Shown: positions 1-12,049, numbered from the stretch's first letter. The stretch is 64,000 nucleotides of DNA from Octopus vulgaris (GCA_951406725.2 OX597828.1:42346001-42410000); one strand, 5' to 3'. The notes: generated by a model from the letters alone, not told the origin. A program made the numbers and translations.

Positions 1-22
1 ATGTTACATTTTAAGTAGAATA

Positions 23-75
23 ACATTGACAGTGACTTCGAAGTTTCGGCTTCCTTAGCCTTTCTCGGACAATGT
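23..75 (-). ncRNA. Degenerate hammerhead-like motif in a Penelope-type fragment at the window edge
   Basis: Minus strand reads acattgt-CCGAGAA-a-GGCT-aagga-AGCC-GAA-ACTTCGAAGT(perfect palindrome)-C. The core has two mismatches to CUGANGA. Confidence 0.4.
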
Positions 76-128
76 ATATATATATATACATATGTGTGTG
101 TGTGTGTGTGTTTGTACGTGTGTGTGTT

Positions 129-188
<60 letters not shown>

Positions 189-237
189 TGCATCGTAGCA
201 CTCAATCGGTTACGACGGTTCTGCTGTATATATATAT

Positions 238-302
238 AAAGAAGACAGGTGGTGTAGAAAACAAATATGTGTTAGTATAACGCTCAGGTATTGAAGTCTT
301 TT
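238..302 (-). mobile_element. 3' fragment of the hammerhead-bearing short element (same family as 41695-41885)
   Basis: Minus strand aaagacttcaatacctgagcgttatactaacacatatttgttttctacaccacctgtcttc matches 41790-41860. Confidence 0.6.
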
Positions 303-366
303 ACATACATATGTGTGTGGGGTTTGTACGTGTGTGTGTGTGTGTATATATATATATCTATATATC

Positions 367-426
<60 letters not shown>

Positions 427-500
427 CACACGCGTACAAACACACACTCACATGTGTTAGTAAGTATTTAATTACACATGGAGACACATATCTATCTATC

Positions 501-1084
501 TTATTTCTTTATTGTCCACAAGGGGCTAAACATAGAGGGGACAAACAAGGACAGACTAGGGGATTAAGTCGATTACATCGACCCCAGTGCGTAACTGGTT
601 ACTTAATTTATTGACCACGAAATGATGAAAGGCAAAGTCGAATTCCTCAGAATTTGAACTCTGAAGGTAACGGCAAACGAAATACATATTTCTTTACTGC
701 CCACAAGGGACTACACACAGAGGGGACAAACAAGGACAGACAAATGGATTAAGTCGATTATATCGACCCCAGTGCGTAACTGGTACTTATTTAATCGACC
801 CCGAAAGGATGAAAGGGATTTGAACTCAGATCGTTGCGGCAGACGAAATACCTATTTCTTTATTACCCACAAGGAGCTAAACACAGAGCGGACAAACAAG
901 GACAGACATAGGTATTAAGTCGATTACATCGACCCCAGTGCGTAACTGGTACTTAATTTATCGACCCCGAAAGGATGAAAGGCAAAGTCGAATTCGGCGG
1001 AATTTGAACTCACAACGTAACGCAGACGAAATACCGCTAAGCATTTCGCCTGGCGTGCTAACGTTTCTGCCAGCTCGCTGCCTT
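501..1084 (-). mobile_element. SINE family B: tRNA-like head plus three tandem ~170-185 bp body units
   Basis: Minus-strand head ggcagcgagctggcagaaacgttagcacgcc, B-box-like gagttcaaattc, body gcctttcatcctttcggggtcgataaattaagtaccag. Units start near 501, 686 and 854. Homologous copies at 7896 and 15735. Confidence 0.85.
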
Positions 1085-1136
1085 TCTATGTCAGGTATCT
1101 AGCATCACTGGCAGAGATCTATATCTAACTGTCTAT

Positions 1137-1204
<68 letters not shown>

Positions 1205-1205
1205 A

Positions 1206-1236
<31 letters not shown>

Positions 1237-1326
1237 TTCTTTCTTACTCTATCTCTCTCTCTCTCTCTTTGTCTCTCTCTCTCTCCCTCACTCTCTCTCT
1301 CTCTCTCTGTATATACATATATATAT

Positions 1327-1834
<508 letters not shown>

Positions 1835-1918
1835 ATGTGTGTGTGTGTGTATGTGTGTGTGAATGTGTGTGAATGTTTCTATGCATGTATGCATGTATGT
1901 ACGTATGTGTGCATCTAT

Positions 1919-2311
1919 GTAGGAGTGGCTGTGTGGTAAGTAGCTTGCTAACCAACCACATGGTTCCGGGTTCAGTCCCACTGCGTGGCATCTTGGGCAA
2001 GTGTCTTCTGCTATAGCCCCGGACCGACCAATGCCTTGTGAGTGGTAGACGGAAACTGAAAGAAGCCTGTCTTATATATGTATATATATATATGTGTGTA
2101 TGTGTGTGTGTTTGTGTGCCTGTGTTTGTCCCCAAGCATTGCTTGACAACCGATGCTGGTGTGTTTATGTCCCTGTCACTTAGCGGTTCGGCAAAACAGA
2201 CCGATAGAATAAGTACTGGGCTTACAAAGAATAAGTCCCGGAGTCGATTTGCTCGACTAAAGGCGGTGCTCCAGCATGGCCGCAGTCAAATGACTGAAAC
2301 AAGTAAAAGAG

Positions 2312-2312
<1 letters not shown>
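1919..2312 (+). mobile_element. SINE family A
   Basis: A-box tggctgtgtgg, B-box ggttcagtccc, CORE-like cttgggcaagtgtcttct, tail gtgctccagcatggccgcagtcaaatgactgaaac. Confidence 0.9.
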
Positions 2313-2343
<31 letters not shown>

Positions 2344-2412
2344 CATGTATACGTACATATACTTCAAAGTGTGTGTGTGTGTCGGTGAAAGTTAGCTGAG
2401 AAACAGACTAGA

Positions 2413-2446
<34 letters not shown>

Positions 2447-2816
2447 AAAGGACACAGAAAGAGAGAGTGGAAGAGAAGCGAGAGAGAGAGAGAGAGGGAG
2501 AGAAGAGGGGGAGGGGAGAGAGAGCGAGAGAGAGAGAATTAGAAAGTTGCGTGTGATATACATTTCAATTAGTCTTGCCTGTGTGTTCGTGTGTCCGCCT
2601 TGCTGGCAGAAACTGAACAACGACTTTGAACGAAGACGTGAGAGAGAAACGCAGTTATGGCCAGTAAGATCTTTTCTTCGCTGTAGTCTTTTAGATATTA
2701 ACGCTTCCATTTCAAGTATGTATACACATACAGACATGCATAAATATATATATATAAGTATATAAGTATATATACATACATTCCTAGTTACGTATACAAA
2801 CACAAATGTAAATGTT

Positions 2817-2860
<44 letters not shown>

Positions 2861-3008
2861 TAGATTATATATTTTATATATGTATATATATATATATATA
2901 TATATAATATCAATAAATATACATACATATATATACATACATACATATATAAATATATATATATATATATATAGTTATATATATATATGCATATATACAT
3001 ACATATAT

Positions 3009-3075
<67 letters not shown>

Positions 3076-3396
3076 TATATACATATGTCTGTATATATAA
3101 TGTGTGTATGTGTGTGTATGCAAATATACTCATATCTATATAAACATATATACCTGTATATGTATATATGAATATATATATAAACACATATGTATATATA
3201 TATTGTTGACGTCGTGTCTACAGGAGTTGCGGGTTCGTCTCCAACGGCCAGCCTTTGTCTTTTTCTATCGAAAGAGGGTTTTTCAGTTCTTCAGCTCAAT
3301 TATTTACATGCTATGGTTAATAGCTTTACGTATGAGTGCTTGGAGATACACTGTTCCACAAATGAACTAAAAGCACACACACACACACACACACAC

Positions 3397-3453
<57 letters not shown>

Positions 3454-3455
<2 letters not shown>

Positions 3456-3653
3456 AGGAGGCGCAGAAAAGTTCCTGGGTTTAAGGGTGTCGTGAAAGGC
3501 CTTGTGAGTTCCTTTATGGGGTTTAGAAAACTGAAGGACCGCTGCAATAGGTGTCTGTATCTGAGGGGGCAATATGTTGAATAAAATCATAATTTAACTG
3601 ATCCTCTTGTAGTTTCTTTTACCCACAGCCAGGAACTGTTCAACACCCCCTCA
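3454..3653. mobile_element. mariner-type MITE
   Basis: Imperfect ~26 bp TIRs cgaggaggcgcagaaaagttcctgg / ccaggaactgttcaacaccccctca, embedded in (TA)n. Confidence 0.7.
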
Positions 3654-3669
3654 TATACATAATACATAT

Positions 3670-3744
<75 letters not shown>

Positions 3745-3841
3745 TATATACACATACATACATACATACACACATACAAATATATATATATACATACATC
3801 GAACCCGGAATATATATATATATACATACATATACATATAC

Positions 3842-3908
<67 letters not shown>

Positions 3909-4253
3909 TGTATCTACATATGAATAAATGTGTTTTATAAATCGAAGATGTTTACTACTAGAATGTGTCATGGTGTACTCAATACAAAATACGAGTGTTA
4001 AATTTAATTTATATATATATATATATCCTGTAATTCAAACAATGTTTCGTACCGGTATCGTTTCCCTCCTGGCTCGGACATGATATATACAAATATACCA
4101 ATATACTATATGGAGGCATGGGTTTATCTGTGGTTATTGTACATGTGTTTGTGTGTACGTGTAATGGCACGGTGCATTTGTGTTTGCATGTATATGTGTG
4201 TGTGTGTATGTATGAGTGTGTGTATGTATGAATGTGTGTATATTTATGTAATA

Positions 4254-4292
<39 letters not shown>

Positions 4293-4680
4293 CTCTATTC
4301 TCCGTTTTCCTATAACCGGACTTAATAAAAATGAAAACTGTCTTTCTTGCTATTTTGTAATCCGCATTGCGTGAATATATACCAAACACACGTACACGCA
4401 AGCACATACACATACACACACATACGCGCACAGACAGACGCACACGCGCGCGCAAACACATGCAAACACGCGCGTGCACACGTAGTCTATGTGTGTATTA
4501 TATCTGTACCTAGCATCGTAAGGATGTATTTATCAATATGTAAGTACCTTCGTGTATATATAAGTACACACACACATACTCCCAGACACACACATACGCA
4601 CACACACACATATATACACCTTTACACATACATACTTGCGCGCTTATACCTATACATCAATATACATCTATGTAAATATA

Positions 4681-4841
4681 CGCAGAAGTGGCTGTGTGGT
4701 AAGGAGCTTGCACACCAACCACGTGGTTCCGGGTTCAGTCCCGCTGCGTGGCACCTTGAGCAAGTGCCTTCTACTATAGCCTCGGGCCGATCAAAGCCTT
4801 ATGATTGGATTTGGTTGGTGGAAAATGAAAGAAGCCCATCG

Positions 4842-4886
<45 letters not shown>

Positions 4887-5060
4887 CTATCCCGCATCAT
4901 CGCTTGACAATCGATGATGGTGAGTTTACGGCCCCGTAACTTAGCGGTTCGGCAATAGACGCCGGTAGAATAAGTACAAAAATAAAGTCCTAGGGTCGAT
5001 TTGTACGACTAAACCTGGTGCTCCAGCATGGCTGCAGTCAAATGACTGAAACAAAAGAAA
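4681..5060 (+). mobile_element. SINE family A
   Basis: Same head, core and tail motifs as 1919-2312. Confidence 0.9.
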
Positions 5061-5076
5061 AAGAAAAAAATATATA

Positions 5077-5275
5077 GAGGCGCAATGGCCTAGTGGTTAG
5101 GGCAGCGGACTCGCGGTAGGATCGCGGTTTCGATTCTCAGACCGGGCGTTGTGTGTGTTTATTGAGCGAAAACATATCTACGAGGCTCCGGCAGGGTGGT
5201 GATCCCTGCTGTACTCTTTCACCACAATGGCAGTGCCCCAGCATGGCCACAGCTCAAGAGCTGAAACTGGAAAAA
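5077..5275 (+). mobile_element. SINE family C head joined to a LINE-type tail
   Basis: Head ggcgcaatggcctagtggttagggcagcggactcgcgg...gtttcgattc matches 41906-42213. It ends in gtgccccagcatggccacagctcaagagctgaaac. Confidence 0.8.
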
Positions 5276-5352
5276 CAAAACAAAAAAAAAACAAACAAAA
5301 TACTTAATATATATATATATAATATATATGTATATATTATATATATATAATA

Positions 5353-5395
<43 letters not shown>

Positions 5396-5992
5396 GTACG
5401 CATATGTGTGTCTGAGATTTATCATTATATTATATATATATGCATATATAAATACATATATATACATATAGAAATACATATATATACACGTATGTATACA
5501 TGTAACATATTTGTATGCGTCTGTGTGTGCGTCTGTGTATAAATTTATGATATGCATATAAAGTTATATAGATACATACATACATACATACATACATACA
5601 TACATACATACATACATACATACATACATACATACATACATGCATGCATGCATGCATGCATGCATGCATACGTGTGTGTACTTCTTTTTCAGAAAGGTGT
5701 TTTTAATCTACCCTATGAAATGCAAAGAAGCTTTGTGGACTGGTATCTCTCGGTGGACAGAAATGGGATCCAGCTGAAACAAAAATAGAGGGCTGCTCAT
5801 TTCTTTCGGTCAACAAGGAACTAAAGCAAGAACTAATCAGATGATCCCTTTTTCTCTCCACAGTGATGCAAAAACCTTTCCTATTCTCAATTTTTCTCAG
5901 TTAATACTTTCTCATTGGTATAAGTGTATTAATTTAGGTTCAATCTGTGTAGCGTACATTTGAAATTATCAGACTTAGCATTAGCATTAGTA

Positions 5993-6044
<52 letters not shown>

Positions 6045-6102
6045 CAATAGTAGTAATGATATGTACTTTGAATTAATGCATATCTATATATCTATTTATC
6101 TA

Positions 6103-6145
<43 letters not shown>

Positions 6146-6256
6146 GTACGTGTGTATGTATATATGTACATATACATACACATACATATTTGAATGAAAT
6201 ATATCAATATGTGTTTGTGTGTGTATGCATACATATATATATATATATATAAATAC

Positions 6257-6296
<40 letters not shown>

Positions 6297-6311
6297 ATGT
6301 ATGTGATATAC

Positions 6312-6354
<43 letters not shown>

Positions 6355-6371
6355 TATATTCAGAGAGAGAT

Positions 6372-6405
<34 letters not shown>

Positions 6406-6455
6406 TAGATAGATAGATAGAGAGAGATAATTAGATAGATAATATATATATATAT

Positions 6456-6519
<64 letters not shown>

Positions 6520-7784
6520 AGATATATAAAAAGTATGTATATGTACGAGTGTGTGTGTGTGTGTGTGTGTGTGCGTGTAGAGGTTGTAAAGAGCTCGACG
6601 TTTATTATGACTTGAACTGAAGTCGTGCGGGTGGAGTCTGTAATGGTCAAACGTTTGTCCATGTGAACTGGTGATGGATAAAGCCTGTAAAATGACATTG
6701 TCCAGCTGCTGCAACCAGTTTATGTTCACTGTCAGTTAATACTATAGGAAACATCGGGTTTTAAAAGTATCAAGCTTTTAGTGTTTTCTTATCAAATTGA
6801 GCAACAATCCTAGCCTTTATCGAAAGAGCAGAAAAGAGTTTCATTGTCGTTTACTTTTTGAATTAGCACAACGTTTTGTTATTAGTATTTTATAGATATT
6901 GGCATAACGACCTTCCCAAGATACAGCAAAACTATATAATTTTCTTGGATCCTGAGAGCTCTTGATAACAATCTGCTGATGTCGTTGGATGTAACGCGCT
7001 CTGAGCACTTGATAACAAGAGACTAAGAGGGGTTTCAGATAACGCGCTCCGAGCGAGCACTCCAGGTTTGTTTGGCCGACTCGTGGAACGGACGATTGAT
7101 TCCTCCTATAGGAGATGGGAACGTAACAAAAGTTGGTTAAGATGACCGACGAAACGGCGAAAACTGCAATATTTTGGTCACGTTATTGCGTTATCTCCGC
7201 ATGCACCACCTCGATGGGGCTGGAAGAATAAAATTCTTTTGCTTGTGGGTGCGCGAAAAATAAAAAAAAAGCTTGAACAATGTCATCAAAGACTGCGCGA
7301 GAAGGACACTGGCAGCGTGTGGGGTGAAGCGATGGACCTGTCTTGAGACCTCTGACCGTCAATCATAAGAATTGATACCTTCATTATTATAGACCCTACA
7401 CAGTACTGTAACCACGTGCAAAGATGCTAATAGGTCCCAGGCCGGATGCGAAGTGCAGGCCCCGTTTCAAACTATTCATCAAGTATTTCAGTTATCAGTG
7501 TTAAGTACACAAGATTTATGTCTGGGTTACGGGTTACACATAAGCCTATGTACACTTGGAATACATGATATATTGGAATGTGAACAGAAATAAATAAAAG
7601 ATACAACAATTTATATAAAGAGAGTATTTGATTTTAATGTTTATTTCTTTGCTTGTAATCAGCTGGAGGAGGATCCCTTGAATATATAAACTATTGGTAA
7701 CTGACTATAACGCGGCCCATTCCTTCGCCGCTGCGTGACTCTAGCTAACACCCAGCACTATAACCACTACAGAATGCTATTAAA

Positions 7785-8529
7785 GGAGCACTTCGTCGGT
7801 TACGACGACGTGGGTTCCCGTTGATCCGATCAACGGGACAGCTTGCTCATGAAATTAACGTGCAAGTGGCCGAGCACTCCACAGACACGTATACCTATTT
7901 CTTTATTGCCCACAGGGGGCTAAACGCAGAGGGGACAAACAATGACGGACGAACGGATTGAGTCGATTACATCACCTCAGTGCTTAACTGGTACTTAATT
8001 TATCGACCCCGAAAGGAAAGTCGACCTCGGTGGAATTTGAACTCACAACGTAAAGACAGACGAAATACCTGTTTCTTTATTACCCACAAGGGGCTAAACA
8101 TAGAGGGGACAAACAAGGACAGACAAAGGGATTAAGTCGATTACATCGACCCCAGTGCTTAACTGGTACTTAATTTATCGACCCCGAAAGGATGAAAGGC
8201 AAAGTCGACCTCGCCGGAATTTGAACTCAGAACGTAACGGCAGACCAAATACGGCTACACATTTCGCCCGGCCCGGCGTGCTAACGTTTCTGCCAGCTCG
8301 CCGCTTAATACCGACACGTATACCCTTAACGCAATTCTCAGGGAGATTAAGCGTGGCCCAGAGCGTGACAAGGCTGGCCCTTTTGAAATCCAAGTACTAA
8401 TCATTTTTGCCAGCTGAGTGGACTGGAGCAACGAGAAAATAAAGTGTATTGCTCAAGGACACAACGCGTCGCCGGGAATTGAACTCATGACATTACGAAT
8501 AGCCCAACGGCTAAGCCACGCGCCTTCAC
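7785..8529 (-). mobile_element. SINE family D, interrupted by a family B insertion
   Basis: tRNA-like head near 8470-8529 (minus gagttcaattcc), gtgtccttgagcaa block, and a tail homologous to 38925-39070. Confidence 0.75.
7896..8306 (-). mobile_element. SINE family B (two tandem body units) nested in SINE D
   Basis: Same unit as 501-1084. Flanked by direct repeat gacacgtatacc at 7884-7895 and 8313-8324. Confidence 0.85.
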
Positions 8530-8741
8530 ACATAGTACTCTAACCAACTACAACCACTGCAAAACAATATAGCCAATACTTAGCCCTATAACATATATAT
8601 ATAAAGTCCCTTCGCGAGCCATATATACACTTCTACGGGCCGGTTTCCCGGTTTCCATGGCGGATGAATTTTCCACCTGTCCGTCGCAGGATAACTCACT
8701 TTAACCTTCAGGGTGGACTGGAGCAACATGATATGAAGTAC

Positions 8742-8860
8742 ACTTCTATATTTAAGAGATGAGGAATTATGTACATTATTTACATTACACGGGCATATGG
8801 CGTAATGGTTCAGAGCGCGGCTACTAACCCCAAGATTCCGAGTTCGATTCCTGGCAGTGA

Positions 8861-8921
<61 letters not shown>

Positions 8922-8928
8922 GATAATG

Positions 8929-8991
<63 letters not shown>

Positions 8992-9137
8992 TTGAAAAAA
9001 TACCTTAGGAATGAGAACCAAGTTCGAAATTTCCCCAAGATACCTGATGACGGCTGGAGGGTACATCAACTGAAACGTTGTGTTAACAACAAACAAGATG
9101 AGGACAAATATCCGTCAAATGTAAATAATGTAAATAA
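8742..9137 (+). mobile_element. tRNA-headed element with (AAT/GAT)n, a hammerhead motif and an inverted terminal segment
   Basis: A-box tggcgtaatgg, B-box gagttcgattcc (8840-8851), CTGATGA...GAAACGTT (9044-9079). 8767-8786 is the reverse complement of 9118-9137 at 19/20. Confidence 0.7.
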
Positions 9138-9418
9138 GGATATGGAGTGTTTTGCTCAAGAACTCATTTCGTCGCACGGGCCTGGAATCGAAACCACAAT
9201 CTTACAATCATGAGTTCGACATCTTGACCACAAAGGCATGCACCTCCACACATGCAGACACACACATACATTCATTCATTCATACATACATACATACATA
9301 CATACATACATACATACATACATACATACATACATACATACACACATTCATACATACATACATTCATTCATACATACATACATACATACATACATACATA
9401 CATACATACATACATACA

Positions 9419-9449
<31 letters not shown>

Positions 9450-9486
9450 GTATGTGTATACACACACACACACACACACACACATA

Positions 9487-9692
9487 TAATTGATAAAAAA
9501 GACAACAAGAAAAAAACAACAACGCGAGAAGGTGGAACATGCAAAGTATTAATAAGACGCCCAGAGAAGGAAAGAAAGAGTGTTTTACATTTCGAGCAAA
9601 GCTCTTCTTCAGAAACAGGAGACAGAGGAAGGTCCAAGAGAAATGGAGGACGGTATAAAAAAAATCGCCAACGGTCCACATGTGATTACATG
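9487..9692 (-). mobile_element. Short hammerhead-bearing element (Penelope/retrozyme-like)
   Basis: Minus 9617-9581: TGTTT-CTGAAGA-A-GAGC-ttt-GCTC-GAAATGT-A-AAACA. Flanks are homologous to 31033-31247. Confidence 0.75.
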
Positions 9693-9950
9693 TTTCGACC
9701 AAAGATTAATCCAGGCCATGTCTACCTTAATACCACCACCTGATAGGATTATCTAAATCCTTTTTAAGTCAATTTTTGTGGTATCATGGTCCATTCGAGA
9801 AGGGAGTTCTTGTTGAGTGTGCTGTATCCAGGTATAGGTGGCTTATCTTGAAGAGATTTGTCCAGATTTCGTTTAAAAGTGATGGGGTCCTTTTTCTTTG
9901 TGATCTGTTTTTGGGACAATGTTAAATAGGGCAGAGCCTGTTGAGGAAAA
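9690..9950 (-). pseudogene. Frameshifted 3' end of a CR1/L2-group LINE ORF2
   Basis: Translates as STGSALFNIVPK / DPITFKRNLDKSLQDKPPIPGYSTLNKNSLLEW, paralleling GPQLFNILPK...FKTKLDLFL...PDEP...SNSL in the 11.1-12.0 kb LINE. Confidence 0.65.
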
Positions 9951-10008
9951 GAAATTCTGTGTGTGTGTGTATACATACACTCACACACACACACACACAC
10001 ACACACTC

Positions 10009-10341
10009 ATATGGTACATTGACTATTGTACTGTTGGCATTATACAACACCTCATATCATATGCAGTACTATAGTCAATACATAGTACTACAGTAAATGC
10101 ATAGTACTTTGGCCAATAAGCATAACTATTGCCTATGCACATCATTATAGATATTACTCAGTATTAAAACACACACACACATATGGTACCTTGACTATTG
10201 TACTGTTGGCACTATACAACACCTTATATCATATGCAGTACCATAGTCAATACATAGTACTACAGTAAATGCATAGTACTTTGGCCAATAGGCATAACTA
10301 TTGCCAATGCACATCATTATAGATATTACTCAGTATTAAAA
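10009..10341. repeat. Tandem duplication of a ~170 bp unit built from degenerate ~21 bp subrepeats
   Basis: atatggtac(a/c)ttgactattgtactgttggca...cagtattaaaac occurs twice, with an internal catagtacta-like motif recurring. Confidence 0.9.
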
Positions 10342-10430
10342 CCAATACACAGCATTATAAGCATTAAATAGCATAATAACTAACGCACACTATTAGCATT
10401 ATTACATTGGCAATACATAACGCTCCGGCT

Positions 10431-10509
10431 CAGTGGTTCTCAACCTGTGGTCCGCGGACTCTTGGTTGTCCACAAAGCTAGTATTGGGGGTCTGTGAACT
10501 AAATTCAAA

Positions 10510-10569
<60 letters not shown>

Positions 10570-10647
10570 AGGATAAGTATACTAAAAGGGGCCTGTGGGA
10601 AAACTCATTTAAATAAAAGGGTTGCGAACCACGGTTAGGAACCAGTG
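10431..10647. mobile_element. hAT (Charlie-like) MITE
   Basis: Left TIR cagtggttctcaacc. Right end ggttgcgaaccacgg followed by ggttaggaaccagtg. Confidence 0.7.
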
Positions 10648-11038
10648 TTCTGGCCAATCGACGAAAGTATTACATCACCAGATCCGAGTGATTCTTTTCA
10701 CAGAATCAGAAGTAGATTGGTACAGATGTTCTTCTACGATAGAAATTATATTAGCCATCAATTAATATAAATTTGTGTGTGTGTGTGTGTGTGTCCGTAG
10801 TGATGTAAGGGTTGCAAAGTATATTAAAAGATATTTAACATAATGCAAACCTTATCTGGTAAACCACTTAGTACGTTAGATAGGCTGGAGAGATATGTTT
10901 ATATATTATATATATTAAAAGACGGCAGTCCACTTTGCTCCGAGCTTTGCTCTTGGCTGGGTTGTGCACAAGTGTTGTGAAGCTCAGCCAAACATGAAAC
11001 TCTGAGTAGTTTACCAACTGTTTGTAGATGTGTGTAGA

Positions 11039-11110
<72 letters not shown>

Positions 11111-11995
11111 AATCCTTAATTCCTTAAAAATGTTTCAGCCCGAAGGCTGCGGCCATGCTGGGGCACCACCATTGAATGAGCTACACTGGTATGTGAAACC
11201 ACCTCTGATACATGGCGCTTGATCAACAAGGGAGTTCGACGCCGCTGCCCGCATCTGTGTTTCCTGCCGAGAGGTAGGTTCATCTGGAACCCCTGACAAG
11301 AAGAGATCCAGTTTAGTTTTAAAGAAACCCACATCCACACCATGCAGGTCTCTCAGGCATTTAGGAAGGATATTGAAGAGCTGTGGTCCCCTGAAACCCA
11401 AGCTGTTGCAGTATCTGGTCCTGTATTTTGGCACCATGCAGTGGCGCCCCGTTCTGCTGTTGGGGTAACTTTGAATGCCAAAATTCGGGACAATACCCTT
11501 CAGGATTTTCCAGATGTATATCACTGCATATCTCTCCCGCCTTCGCTCCAGAGAGAAGCGTTTTAATACTTTCAGTCTTTCCCAGTAGCTGATATGTTGC
11601 ATTGAGACGATCTTCTTAGTGTAGCTTCGTTGGATTGCTTTGAGTTCTGCTGTTAACTTTATATTGTGTGGTGACCATAGTTGGGAGCAGTAGTCCAAGT
11701 GGCTGAGGACAAATGTCTTCCAAAGGACCATCAGTGTCTCCTTCTCTCTGGTTCTGAAAGTTCGCAGAATCCATCTAGCTAGCCGTCTGTATTTTATTAC
11801 CAAATTAGTAATATGCACTTGGAAAGGTGCATCATTGCTCATGTCAATGCCCAGGTCACGCAATGATTTTGGCTCAGGAATTATAATTCTTTCCGGGCCA
11901 GTGTATCCGGTCTGCATGTCGTTCACCTTTATGTGCCGGTAGCGCAGGGCCTGGAACTTCCCTGCATTAAACTGCATGTTGTTGTCCTCAGCCCA
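11111..11995 (-). mobile_element. 5'-truncated CR1/L2-group LINE: C-terminal part of ORF2 (open 11135-11995) plus 3' tail
   Basis: WAEDNNMQFNAGKF...RDLGI...WILRTF...LDYCSQLWSP...SYWERLKVLKRFSLERRRERY...GPQLFNILP is the typical post-RT region of these LINEs. It ends in short ttaagga repeats next to (TA)n. Confidence 0.9.
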
Positions 11996-12049
11996 TATAT
12001 ATATATGGGAATGTAGTGGGTAGTGGAGTGTATGCAATTTGTGCATGTA

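Noticed and set aside
4030-4080. Hammerhead-like GAAACATTGT on the minus strand
   Set aside because: No CUGANGA core or stem II visible; at most a truncated remnant.
8791-8862. tRNA-like sequences here and at SINE heads (e.g. 5077, 42140, 58009)
   Set aside because: A/B boxes are present but no complete cloverleaf is evident, and each runs into a repeat body; these are SINE heads, not tRNA genes.
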